Source: Felis catus | Taxonomy: Eukaryota | Assembly (NCBI RefSeq): GCF_018350175.1 | Contig: NC_058382.1 | Coordinates: 56,484,001 to 56,548,000 of the forward strand | Reading direction: 5' to 3' | DNA length: 64,000 bases | Part shown: positions 1-11,654 of the stretch, in pieces | How positions within the stretch are numbered: the stretch's first letter is position 1 | How the letters are laid out: each line of letters begins with the position of its first letter | Made by a program: the position numbers and the translations under genes | Notes under the pieces: model-generated | Databases searched by the model: none | Told to the model about the DNA's origin: nothing | The model's input: the letters and a program-made list of their open reading frames with translations, nothing else

Positions 1-112
1 GCCTTTCAGGCAAAGGGAGTATTGGTTCATGCCTCACATACGGTATTGCATTCTGCACTTGGAACTTAATGCCACATGAGTCTTTCTCCGTGTTGTTAAA
101 ACTTGAATTTTT

Positions 113-329
113 TTTTATTTTTTTTTAACATTTATTTATTTTTGAGACAGAGAGAGACAGAGCATGAATGGGGGAGGGTCAGAGAGAGAGGGAGACACAG
201 AATCGGAAACAGGCTCCAGGCTCTGAGCGGTCAGTACAGAGCCCGACGCGGGGCTCGAACTCACGGACCGTGAGAGCGCGACCTGAGCCGAAGTCGGACG
301 CTTAACCGACTGAGCCACCCAGGCGCCCC
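113..329 (-). mobile_element. Can-SINE (felid SINEC type), full length
   Basis: Reverse complement of ggggcgcctgggtggctcagtcggttaagcgtccgacttc...(CT)n...aaataaa-polyA. Flanked by aaaacttgaattttt at 98 and 330. Confidence 0.95.
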
Positions 330-344
330 AAAACTTGAATTTTT

Positions 345-583
345 TTTTTTATTTTTTAAACTTTTTTTTTTTTAATTTTTTTTCAACGTTTATTTATTTT
401 TGGGACAGAGAGACAGAGCATGAACGGGCGAGGGGCAGAGAGAGGGAGACACAGAATCGGAAACAGGCTCCAGGCTCTGAGCCATCAGCCCAGAGCCTGA
501 CGCGGGGCTCGAACTCACGGACCGCGAGAGCACGACCTGAGCAGAAGTCGGACGCTTAACCGACTGAGCCACCCAGGCGCCCC
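345..583 (-). mobile_element. Can-SINE (felid SINEC type), full length, tandem with the previous copy
   Basis: Same architecture. Flanked by aaaacttgaattttt at 330 and 584. Confidence 0.95.
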
Positions 584-1843
584 AAAACTTGAATTTTTAA
601 AGACAGAAAAATATTGCTTTATGACATCTTAAAGGTTTGTAGCTGTCCGAAGGTTGTGGTTGGTCCGGAGCTCTCCACACCTTCCTGGACCGCGGGCCCA
701 CCAGGTTGGACAGAACCAAGCAGCAAATCACAAGCATTTGGGTTGATAGAACTTTGTGGTCCCTAAAGATGTACTCAAGCTGGAGAAACTACCCCTGTTC
801 ATGGAGACTGGGCCAGACACACCTAAATAGCTTTCCTCAGAAACTGAAAAAGAAGAAGAAGCTGCCGAGGAGTCAATGTGGGAAATTCGGTCTGTTGACG
901 GGGCCTGGGAGTTTCTGGCACCCCATCCTATGCGGGTCGGTCAACCACGTGGGGGTTTCAGAAGACACTGCTCCTCAGATAACGCAGCCTCCGGCAGGCG
1001 ACCTTCTTGTGCTCCATGCTCATTGGTGATGCTTGAAGAATAGGCTTTTGTCTCATCACCTCAGTACAAGTTTTATGGGGGAGCCAAAAGATGATATTTC
1101 CTGAACATTCCTTCACCCTGGTGATGGTGCATATCACTTCCTTAATCAAGCAAAATGGCTCTAAAACAATTCTTAAGAAGCCTAGAAGGTGGCCTGTTGG
1201 AAAGCAGTCACACAGGACTCTGTACAAGCAAAGACTTGCTTTAAAAATCTGGCTTCAAATTAACCCACCAATTGTGGATTCCTTGTGGAAGGAGGACTTC
1301 AACCACTGGGAGCAGCCATCCGTTTTCATGTGCAGACTATCCAAGGAGGCGAGTTTAATTATCTCCACATTCAACAGATAAGGACATTGAGCCTTAGGGG
1401 GTGAGAAAACTACCCTTGATCAGTTAGTACAGAGTCTGGAGCGTAAGCTCAACGTGTGCAGGTGTCAGAGCTCTTAACCGCTGACCCATAACGTCCTCCA
1501 AAGCCTGAGCTGCAAATGTCACCTCTGCCCATTTTGCTCACATTTCCTTCTCTTTCTCTGCAGCCCTTACCTGGAGTCACATCCTCCTTTCTCTAGCTTG
1601 GACCTTGAGTCTCTTCAAGTCAATCTCACACCCTCCAGCCTCCCCCCCACCAGGCCAGCCCATCTTCTGCATCACCACCACCACTGTCCTTCCAAGTCAC
1701 AGCCCTGCTTAAAAGTCCCAGTGACAACAGTTCTGCTGGGCAGGGTAGCAGGCAGAAAGGTGGCCTCAGGGGAAAAGCTGGTGTTAACCAAGGCTGGAAG
1801 AGGAGAGGATGTTCTGGAAAGCCAATATCGATGGAAGGGTTGG

Positions 1844-1891
1844 TTGATTTGAAACCTCTTATCTGTCTTGATTCGAAACCTCTTATCTATC
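1844..1891. repeat. 24-bp tandem duplication
   Basis: ttgatttgaaacctcttatctgtc / ttgattcgaaacctcttatctatc (2 mismatches). Confidence 0.85.
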
Positions 1892-2063
1892 TCAGGCCCT
1901 TTGGTGCATGCTTTTCCCTCTTCCTCCCACTCATCATTGGACTCACCACCCCCCCCCCCCCCACCGACTCCGCCACAGTCTACATACGGTTCCTTACTCT
2001 AGACCTCTTTCAGGCCTTAGTGCTGTTGGAACTTATGGTTGTGTGGCTATTTGATTAATTTCT

Positions 2064-2276
2064 TTTTTTTTTTCAACGTTTATTTATTTTTGGGACAGAG
2101 AGAGACAGAGCATGAACGGGGGAGGGGCAGAGAGAGAGGGAGACACAGAATCCGAAACAGGCTCCAGGCTCTGAGCCATCAGCCCAGAGCCTGACGCGGG
2201 GCTCAAACTCCCGGACCGCGAGATCGTGACCTGGCTGAAGTCGGACGCTTAACCGACTGCGCCACCCAGGCGCCCC
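2064..2276 (-). mobile_element. Young Can-SINE (SINEC_Fc-type)
   Basis: Near-consensus sequence with CpGs intact. Perfect TSD tgattaatttct at 2052-2063 and 2277-2288. Confidence 0.95.
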
Positions 2277-2688
2277 TGATTAATTTCTACAAATCCCAGT
2301 CAACAGTATATTCCTACAAGACGGGATTGTCTTTTTCCCCACAGAAATCCTCACTCCTAGCACAGAGACTGATTCGTGGAACTTGCTAAATGCTTTGGGG
2401 GGGATGGGGGGGCGTTTGTTAATGATTATGTAAATGTAGGCAGAAAACTTCTGTTAAATATGCAGATTCTCAGGCCCCATCCAGCATCTACTAATTAGAA
2501 ACTCCTAAAGTACAGACTCTAAAGTGATTGTAAGCAAGGTCCTGGGCTGAATCTGATTTAGATGAGTTTAGAAAATTCTTAGCAGATAAAATGTAGTCTA
2601 TGCACACCACTTTTTCCATTCAGGTGTGCTCAAATACAGTAATCTCAGTGAGTCCTTCTCCAACTCCTATTTAAAATTCCAGCCTTTG

Positions 2689-2846
2689 GGGGCACGTGGG
2701 TGGCTCAGTCGGTGAAGCGTCTGACTCTTGGTTTCGGCTCAAGTCATGATCTTACAGTTCATGAGTTCGAGACCTGCATGGGGCTCTGTGCTGCCAGTGC
2801 AGAGCTTGCTTGGGATTCAGTCTCTCTCCCTCTCTCTCTGCCCCTA

Positions 2847-2889
<43 letters not shown>

Positions 2890-2917
2890 AATAAATTAAT
2901 TAGTTAAAAAATAAAAT
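2689..2917 (+). mobile_element. Can-SINE, older
   Basis: ggggcacgtgggtggctcagtcgg head, long (CT)n, A-rich tail. Degenerate TSD taaaattccagcctttgg / taaagttgcagcctttgg. Confidence 0.92.
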
Positions 2918-4812
2918 AAAGTTGCAGCCTTTGGTTCCTCCCCAGCCCGGCCCCACCCAGCACTCTATACTTTTATCCAGAGAACTTGTATATGTATATG
3001 AACTCAAGAGAGCAAGGAGTTTTGTCTGGATTGCTCCTGCCCCATCCTTGCTCTCTAAACAGTGCCCGGCACATAGTAGGCACCTCACGAGTGTTTGAAT
3101 GGATAAACACCTTGCCCCGTAACACATTTAAAATGTTCAAGGTCCCATGCAGCTGGGGAAGAAGAGATATTGGGCGGCCACGGTAGCTTGAGATAATATT
3201 GACTTTCTTTTTTTTCCCCCTCTTTTCCTTTTGATTAGATGACACTTGAGAAACTGGGGCAGCCATGATGCTTTCTCTCCAACTGTCGTTGGGTCACGTC
3301 CACCTAACACAAAGGCAATTTTGGCTGTTCATTCCCTGTCTGGTCAGATTAATTAAATTCAGATGGTGAACACAAAGCGACCCCACCCCCTTTAGAAGAA
3401 ACCAGCAGTACTGAAACTCATCTCACCCAGACTTCCTAACTTTTCTCCCATGAGGAGCTGTGTTTCTTGTCCTCAAATATTGGATTGCTGGATGGCTGGA
3501 GAAACGGGGAGACTAACAAAGAATGCACAGGGGGCTCAAGATGACGGGGTGCCATTGTCCTCACTGGCATTTGTGGGGAGTCAGGGGGAGTGTCCTAGTC
3601 TAGGTTGGAAGATAGGGACTATCCACTCTGTTGATTCTAACTATTAAAAGCGTTGATTATATGTCAGCTCTACAGTGCCTACCACCGACCTACTTCATGT
3701 GAATTAGACCTTTAGACCTTCCGCTTAGAGCAAGGAAGTCCTGTGCATGGACTGGGAGCTGGGCACCCGGTGGGTGGGACAGTGCAGAGAGATAAGAGGT
3801 CAGTCACGAGTACAGCATAGCCCTGCCCTCAAGAACTTCCAAATGAATGAAGCACTTTGAATTTTATGCTTTATGTCTATATCGGGGGAAAAAAAAAAGT
3901 CGAGGTGGCTTATAATGAAAACCACAAGTTCATTATGACCATTTAAATCATCATAATAGAAGAAAATGGGTATAAGGAAAAGAGCTGATGGACCCTGAGT
4001 ACCCGGGGCAAGTCAGTTTATGGCATCATAAAGCATCAGGGTTGAACAGGCTACTAATGAGCACTTAGTTCAAAGTCCTTCCCACCCTCTCAGTCTGTTG
4101 CCTGAACCCCTTCGAGGGGTAGCTGTTTTCATCCTATGCGTTCCTTCTCTAATAGCTCTGCTTGAAATACTTCATTGAACAAGCTAAGATCCGTTCTCCA
4201 CCATGGGTCCTAGCCCTCCCCCTTGGGAGCCACCCAGGAACCAACCCAACCCTCTGCAAGATGGTGCATCAGTGAGCTCCTTGAAGGTGTCCCCGGACCC
4301 CACCGTGCTCTCCCCACCAGAGACATTGGTGTTTCCTCATATGACTTGCCAGCATCTCGAGCCAGCCACCACCTCTCAGGCATCTCTGAGTTTCCAAAGC
4401 CAGCATGGGACCCGCTGCATAGTAGGTGCTCAATAAACATCGACTAGTTGATGGATGCCTTAGTTCCCTTCCTCTTCCTGGAAGTTCCTGTTGCCATACA
4501 GAGGAAGCGTGTGGTTTTCAGTTGGAGGTTTCCTTGCTCATGGTTTTGACCTTGCAAGTGGATGAGAACTCAGCTGACTTATGGATAGATACGTTTTAGC
4601 TTTCATGTAGAAGATCGAGCAAAGCCTACTGAACGATATAGATGAAGGTCTTCCTCAAAGTGTGGAGTTTGTTAAACATGCAGATACCTAAGCCAACCTC
4701 CTGAGTAAGGAATTCTGTTTGTGGGGCTCTGTGAATCTGCATTCTAACAACTTCCTATGTAGGGAATGGTTTGGAAATCTTTTTAAAGGCCTGAAGAAGG
4801 CAACAGTTTCTT

Positions 4813-5030
4813 TCTTTTATTAAAAAAAAAAATTTAATGTTTATTTTTTGAGAAAGAGAGACAGAGTGTGAGTGGGTAGGGGCAGAGAGAGAGAGGGAGA
4901 CACAGAATCCGAAGCAGGCTCTGGGCTCTGAGCTGTCAGCACAGCATGTGGGGCTTGAACCCACAAGCTGGGAGACCATGACCTGAGCCGAAGTCAGATG
5001 CTTAACTGACTGAGCCACCCATGCACCCCA
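4813..5030 (-). mobile_element. Can-SINE
   Basis: TSD aaggcaacagtttctt at 4797-4812 and 5031-5046. Confidence 0.93.
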
Positions 5031-5344
5031 AAGGCAACAGTTTCTTAACGTGTGGTCCCTGCAAATCCCTGAGACCTTTTCAAGGGCTTCACTAAGTCAA
5101 AACCATCTTCATAATAACACTAAGGTGCTTGGTGCATTTTTCCCTCTCATCTGTCACAAATGCACCGTGGAGCTTTCCAGAGGCCACCTGGTGGGTGCTA
5201 CTGTAACAAATTGAATGTACAAGTAAATAAGAGAATCCAGCTGTCCTCCATAAACCCAGGTATTAAAGCCAAGCAGACTGCCACTCTTAAAGTTTTTCTT
5301 TTGTTTCTTAAAATATAGTTTCCTCATTTAAAATGTATTATTTA

Positions 5345-5514
5345 GGGGCGACTGGGTGGCTTAGCCGGTTGAGCGTCCAACTTCGGCTCAGGTAGTGATC
5401 TCGCAGTTCATGAGTTTGAGACCTGCATTGGGCTGACAGCTTGGGGTGTGGAGCCTGCTTCCTGCTTCAGATTCTGTGTCTCCCTCTCTCTCGGCTCCCC
5501 CACACTCACTTTCC

Positions 5515-5556
<42 letters not shown>

Positions 5557-5571
5557 AATAAAACTAAACAT
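5345..5571 (+). mobile_element. Can-SINE inside Charlie element
   Basis: SINE head, (CT)n and A tail. Degenerate TSD aaaatgtattattta / aaaatatactattta. Confidence 0.92.
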
Positions 5572-5715
5572 AAAATATACTATTTATGTTAGCAAGTTAT
5601 GGATTTATTTTTCTTAATGAATAAGTATTTTTTACGTTCACAGTTATCATTTCCAATATGTAAATATTGATAAGATATAACCAATACAAACAAAAGACTT
5701 TGGAGTCCTCCAGTG

Positions 5716-5929
5716 TTTTTTTTGTTTGTTCAGTTTTTAAATGTTTATTTATTTTTGAGAGTGAGATACAGGGGAGGGGCAGAGAGAGAGGGAGACACAG
5801 AATCTGAAGGAGGCTCCAGGCTCTGAGCTGTCAGCACAGAGTCTGATGCGGGGCTCGAACCCACGAACCGTGAGATCGTGACCTGAACCGAAGTCGGATG
5901 TTTAACTGGCTGAGCCACCCAGGCACCCC
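5716..5929 (-). mobile_element. Can-SINE inside Charlie element
   Basis: Reverse-complement SINE ending gagccacccaggcacccc. Confidence 0.92.
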
Positions 5930-7057
5930 TGGGGTCCCAAGACGAGAAAGTCTGACAACTGCTGCTATGGAGGGACGCACTAAATTTGTTTAAAAGGTCA
6001 TTTCTCTACCTTTATTCAGTTGAATGCTGTATCAAATAGTGGATCCATACCGTTAAATTTGTATAAAATTACGATCCTATCGATATGTGTTCTGATATCC
6101 TCCTTTTTCCAAGGAGGGTGAGGTGCTTTTGCAGTATTGTAGCATAGGAAGGGAGCAGACACCAAATATTTGTTTTCCTTGCTTAGCAAAAACGTTTCAT
6201 AATATCCCCCAGACTTCCCCAAAATTCAGTACATTAGAAGTTACCCATTTCATGTTGTGCGTATGGGGGATGAAACCTGGCTCGATGAAAACACATAGAA
6301 CCTTGGGGATTTTGCTGCGAGACTCTCTGCGACCAGAGATCTATCTGGCTCCCTTTATCTCTCCTTCCCCAAGCCTAAACCGGAGCCTGCTTGAAGCCAT
6401 CCCGTGATTTCCCTTCTTGCCCTTTCCCCATTCACCGGAGGCATCTTCTAAGCAAAAAGGCTGCCCCAAGACTTCACCACCTGAAATAGTGCTTCCAAAG
6501 CGGGGGAGCAGCGAGCGGTGTAGTGATCAATGTTTAGTAACTGGCTTGGAGGAGGTGGAGAGCAAAGGCCTAATTTGTAGCGTTTGCCCGTGTAAATATC
6601 CAAGGTGTAACTATCTCACCGTGCCTGGGTTTAAGCTATCCGCCTGGCGTCACTGAGCACCGTGCACAACTGGCTCCGAAGGAGGAAGCGGAAAGGCTGT
6701 TCTAATGTCTTCGCAGCTCCCCCAGAAGACTGACATTGTTCCAGCGAAGCCCCCCCACCCCCGGGCAGCGAGAGGGAGGCAAGAAGACAGGGGACCAGGA
6801 CAGTGTAGCAAAACAGGTTAGAGGCCAAAGGAAATCCTCAGGAATGTCTGTGTCCTCCTCTGAGGAGCTCACTCCTGTAACAAGTGGGGTTAAGAAGGCA
6901 GGACCAGGCGGCAGAGCTGGGAACCTGACCATGGGTCCTGCTGGCCGAGGGGCCGGGTCGGGATGCTGAGGTCCTTGGAACCACAGCCCAGCTCTGTGCA
7001 GAGTGGATGTAAGTGCCCCAAGCCCACGGCTTGAGGCCTGGCTCAAGGAGGCCACTC

Positions 7058-7126
7058 CTTTTTTCTTTTTCTTTTCCTTCTTTCTTTTCTCTTTTCTTTT
7101 CTTTTCTTTTCGCTTCTTTTCTTTTC
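7058..7126. repeat. (TTTTC)n-like pyrimidine microsatellite
   Basis: Seen directly. Confidence 0.9.
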
Positions 7127-7649
7127 ATTGTAATGGATGCTCTTCTTACAAGAATGAGTCAACTAATTCCAAATTCAGGTTCTGACTACTTGGGTGCAGC
7201 TTTGTCTCGTTTTAGCATTTTTTTCTTCACATCATTAGATTTGAATTGAATATTCAGCCACAGGAAATTGCTACAGGTTCTCTGGGAGTCCAAAGGTAGG
7301 AATTCTATATAATAGATACACGCAGGGCTAATGTCAGGGCTAGATTTATTCTAATTAAGTCATTGTAAGCCACATATTTTTATAGATCTGAGGTAGAAGA
7401 GAAAGTAAATACTCCATCCCTGAGGATTTGTTAGTGGAGATTTACATGCCTCCTTTCCACTCCTGAGTTTGAATTTAAAATATTCCCAATGCCAAGAGGC
7501 TCCTGGATGCACACACAAAATAATTGTTTTAAAATTCTATTAGGGAAAACCACAGTGCAATAGCTGAGCCACAAATGCCAGAGGTTGGGGAGAATGTTAA
7601 CATTACTCAAATACCACCCATATCTGCCACATTCTGGAGATGATTGCTA

Positions 7650-8060
7650 AAATACATGGGATTGGGACGATGGCGTATATATCTGGGGGAAACACTATTA
7701 GCTTCTGCTCTCATAACATATAGCAATGCACACTTTTAGATGGATATGGGATCTAAAAATAAAAAACAAACCATAAAATATACCCAAAAGATGATAGAGG
7801 AGATGGTAAAATATAAATATGGCTTAGAGAAAGCCTCCCTGAGCAGGGCTCCAACCCCAGAAACTCTTAAGTGAAAATATGTAAGCAACTAAAACTCCCA
7901 AACATTTGGGAGACCATAAGGCTACAAGACCAATGACAAGATGACAGAAATATTTTGCAATGTGTATAACAGACAGCTCCTGTCCTTAATATAAAAAGAG
8001 CCTCTGTAAATCAATAAGAGGGAGACAAATAACATGGAATAAAAGTTAGCAGAGAAACGA
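7650..8060 (+). mobile_element. Old L1M ORF2 3'-region fragment
   Basis: A-rich degenerate motifs typical of late ORF2 (tggatatgggatctaaa...accataaaata, gaaatattttgcaatgtgtataacagaca, ataaaaagagcctctgtaaatcaataag). Confidence 0.6.
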
Positions 8061-9287
8061 ATTTCCTCTGCCCTGAGAGAGTATGTCTTTCCTGCCAGCT
8101 CATCTGGACCATTACAGGGGCTTCAAAATGCTTCTTTGCCCTTCAGTCGAGGTTGCTGATGGATGGGTTTTCATCAAAGTGCATTTTTGTCCCATCATTC
8201 TCTTGCCCAGATGGCTTCTGTGTGTGTGTGTCCCTGGTCAACAGGCTAACATGAGACCTCATAAACTTTATATTCAACTGAATGAGACAATTAATGCCCC
8301 CAATGCAGGTTGAACTACAGTAAGCTCCTGGTGAATTCAAATGCTTCGCCCCTATTCATAGGATTATCGAGAGAATTAAGTGAGATACTATGTGTTCAGC
8401 AGCAGGAAATTTCCCCACACATTGATGGGGCTTCTCAGTAGATGTGCGTCCCTTCCCTCAAAGCCCTTTTTCATCCAAACCTTGTTGGGGGCCCTCCACC
8501 CTGGGCTGCAGACCAGCTGAGCGTAAACGCCTGCTGGGGTGGTCCAGTGTGCTTAAAGGACCTCCACAGAAAATTCTAATGTGCAGCCGGGAGGAGACAC
8601 CCTACCTTAAACATGCTTGGGGGTTGCTGTGGTGCCTTGATCATTAAGGTTCATTCTCCAGACCACCTTGCCATCGTCTGCCTCTCTGCTTAGCAAAGTC
8701 TTGGCTTCAGCTAGAAAGGATCTTCTCCGCAACTCTGGATGCCCCTAGCATTTGCATGCATCCTATGCACTGGCCTTTTATTGTAATAATATATACTTGT
8801 GAATTATCTCCCTGTCTAAAAGTGTGAGCTCCTAGAGGCTGAGGATCTTATTTCATTCGTCAGATCTATCTTACTGTCTGTTCCAGCACTTGGCACGTAG
8901 CAAATGCTCAAAAGTTATAAATAAATGAATATAAGTGAGTAAGAACAGATATTTATCTCCACGCAGCCCTAGACCCAATCACCATACTTCCTGGGATCTG
9001 AAAGCAAACCCCTGTAGTCCCTGGGTTATCAAATATTCATCTTCATAGAGCGACTTTATCACCCAACGCAGCTGACACTTTTCAGTGTCGATTTATCGTC
9101 AACCGTGGAGTTGTCCATAGCGAAATCGAGTCAGATTCCCCGGAGTTCTGGAGCCTTTGGAAAACCCTCGCTTTTGGCTTCTAGGTTTGGAGTTTTGGTC
9201 CTGAACCCAGTGGCCACCTGGAAGGAGACTTCTAGCAGTCAAAAGCAGGGGGGTGGATACTAGACGGTGCTGGAGAGGGGGGCTGTT

Positions 9288-9426
9288 TGACCTTGGGCAT
9301 GTCAGTCTCACCTGCAAAATGGAAGGTAGTGCTGCCACCGACCTCAAACGTGAGAGTAAAAGGAAGCCACTCGTTTGAATGTGTTTATCACAACACCAGG
9401 CCCGTAGCGAACACTCAAAAAATGAT
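9288..9426 (+). mobile_element. MIR fragment
   Basis: tgaccttgggca...tcagtctcacctgcaaaatggaagg...cactcaaaaaatg resembles the MIR core and 3' end. Confidence 0.55.
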
Positions 9427-9620
9427 GGCCTACCTGGGTGGCTCAGTCGGTTAAGCGTCCGACTCGACTTGGGCTCTGCTCGTGAACTCATGGTTCATGA
9501 CTCATGTCAGGCAAGGCACCTGCTTGGGATTCTCTCTCTCCCTCTCTTTCTGCCCCTCCCCTGCTCGTGCTCTCTCTCTCTCTCCCTCTCAAAATAAATA
9601 AATAACTTTAAAAATTTTTA
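9427..9620 (+). mobile_element. Can-SINE with internal deletion
   Basis: cctgggtggctcagtcggttaagcgtccgactc head, (CT)n, aaataaa tail. Flanks caaaaaatgatg / caaaaaaaaatgatg. Confidence 0.88.
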
Positions 9621-11654
9621 CAAAAAAAAATGATGACCTACAGGAAGTAAAAACGAGATTCTGATTAAGGAGCACAGGCCACTCTGCAGAGAATTGGGGC
9701 ACTTTTCAGTGGAAGGAGGGAGGAAGCCCACATTCCTAACTGCCAGACACATCTCAGGCTAAGAACTTCTCTGGTTAATTCAGTGCAGGGGAAATGGCAA
9801 ATTATTTAGATACATAATCTGTCATAATATAGCATAGCAGAATATAACAAAACACAATATAATAAACATAATGAGTATAATGTAATTAGTACGATTAACA
9901 ATAAATATAATTAGTATGATTCACAAAATAAATAGCACATATAATATATAGTGGATACAACTAATATATGACTAACATAAAAATAGTATAGTATACTGTT
10001 CCATTATACAGTATGTGTATGCCTCTTTCCAACCCTTTTCAGAATAAGTTGAAGAAAACAAAGCCCCAAGGTGGGTAATGAATCCTGGTAAGACAGAGAG
10101 GAGACCAGGTTCTGTGGAACTGGTTGCTCATTTTTAGTGACTATATTTTAGCTGCAAAAGACCCGGCGAACTTTCCCACACTCCCTGCACACACGTCAGC
10201 CCTGCGTCAGAGGCCTTCTTTCTACATCCAGCTATTCTCACACATGACTTTCCCCCGACTTTGGTTTTTCATTTTATTTGGGAGTGGCTCGTCCACCTTG
10301 AGGGGAAGTACATTTTGTCCAGGGGACCAGCACGTCCCCGTGATCCTACCTGTAGACTGTCGGCAAGAGGGAACGTGTCCGTATCAATGCCTAAAGTCGT
10401 ACGCAAAATAAAGACAAGGTCTCATAGAAAGAAGTCATTACTTGGTTTTCTTTGTGTCCATCCTTCCCTGGAATGACCTGATCCTAGTTAATTTCTCATT
10501 GGTGCTCTTAATTATTTTCATCTGTTAGAAGTAAGATCTTGAAAAGGTAACTAACTCTATGGTGGTTTTAGAGACCCAAGTGACACTTTCATGCCATGAC
10601 CGAGCTGACCCATCTGTGGGTCATCTGGGGATGAGGATCTACCTTCACGCTTCACTGAGTAACTGAGATCACCAGAGTCTAGCTCATGTTCTGGTTTTTG
10701 GCAAATTTAATGGCCGGACTTGCATTAAAATAGCCAATGAACTATTACGAAAAAAAAAAAAAAATCATTCATTGTTACCAGGCATCAGAGGGCAGTAGAC
10801 AGCAGACCAAAAAAGGGTTGGAGGCCTGGGGGGGGAAGGGGGGGTCCCTGTCTGCCTCAGGCCCCTTTTCTGCCCCAGGCTTCAAAGGAACAAAAAGGTG
10901 TTACCCCAGAAGCCTCTGGCTCAACCATTTGTCACCGTGACCCGTGCCCGAGTCTCCTTGCCTGGCGAGTCTGTCTGAGCTCCTTTCCTGCTTCCTCCTT
11001 GTTCCCGGTGTTGGAAGCGTGAACTGGATTCCCGGTGGCAACTCACCCAAACACTTGTGGCAGCTCTCCCTCGGAGCGGGACCTGGATGAGCCTCTTCCC
11101 ACATCAACCCCGGGGACCCTCCCTGCATGTTGTCTGTTGCACATCATATTACAGCCGGTTTTACCTTGAGAAACACCTTTTTGGGCTTCTGAGAGCCCCG
11201 ATGGTGTCTTTGCGCAAATGTAAAAAAGGCGCCCCCTCTGGTCATATGCAGCCTTGCAGGCGTACAAAAGGGATACAGGAGGCGCCAGTGCCAGATTTTT
11301 AAATATATTCTTTATTTGCGGGAGGACTGAGCCCCATGAGCTGGATCTTCAGTCCCCTTAGCATATCCACCCTCTCATGCACATTACAACTTTGAAAACC
11401 ATAGGTGGTACCCCAGATGGTGCCCCTTCCTCCCTTCATCTGGGACCTGCTTTCCTCCACTTTATAGCCACCTACTTGACACAGCCCGCAGGTTATCGTG
11501 GGAGACTCAGGTACAAGTGTGAAAAAGCCACAGATTACTTTATAGACCACACTCACTCAGTAAAAAATCAGTGGATGCTCAGGAAGCCCGGCAAGAAACG
11601 GGCCCCAAAATGGCTGGGGTGAAATCAGACATTTCCACGGCACATGGTCATTGG

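Larger units (their letters stand above)
5035..5964 (+). mobile_element. hAT-Charlie DNA transposon relic (Charlie1-like), interrupted by two SINEs
   Basis: Start resembles cagtggttctcaaagtgtggtcc. Internal ccctgagaccttttcaaggg...gagaatccagctgtcctcc motifs and end ggggtcccaagacgagaaagtctgacaactgctg resemble the Charlie consensus from memory. Confidence 0.65.

Noticed and set aside
136..572. Recurrent short ORFs beginning MAQSVKRPTSAQV (also at 4755, 19999, 37265 and elsewhere)
   Set aside because: They are translations of Can-SINE sequence, not a gene family.
98..598. Direct repeats with intervening sequence as a CRISPR-like array
   Set aside because: The repeats are target-site duplications, the intervening units are ~220-240-bp SINEs, and the DNA is mammalian.
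2064..2276. tRNA-like A/B boxes in SINE heads as tRNA genes
   Set aside because: They are the tRNA-derived part of Can-SINEs and are followed by (CT)n and poly-A. No standalone tRNA is seen.
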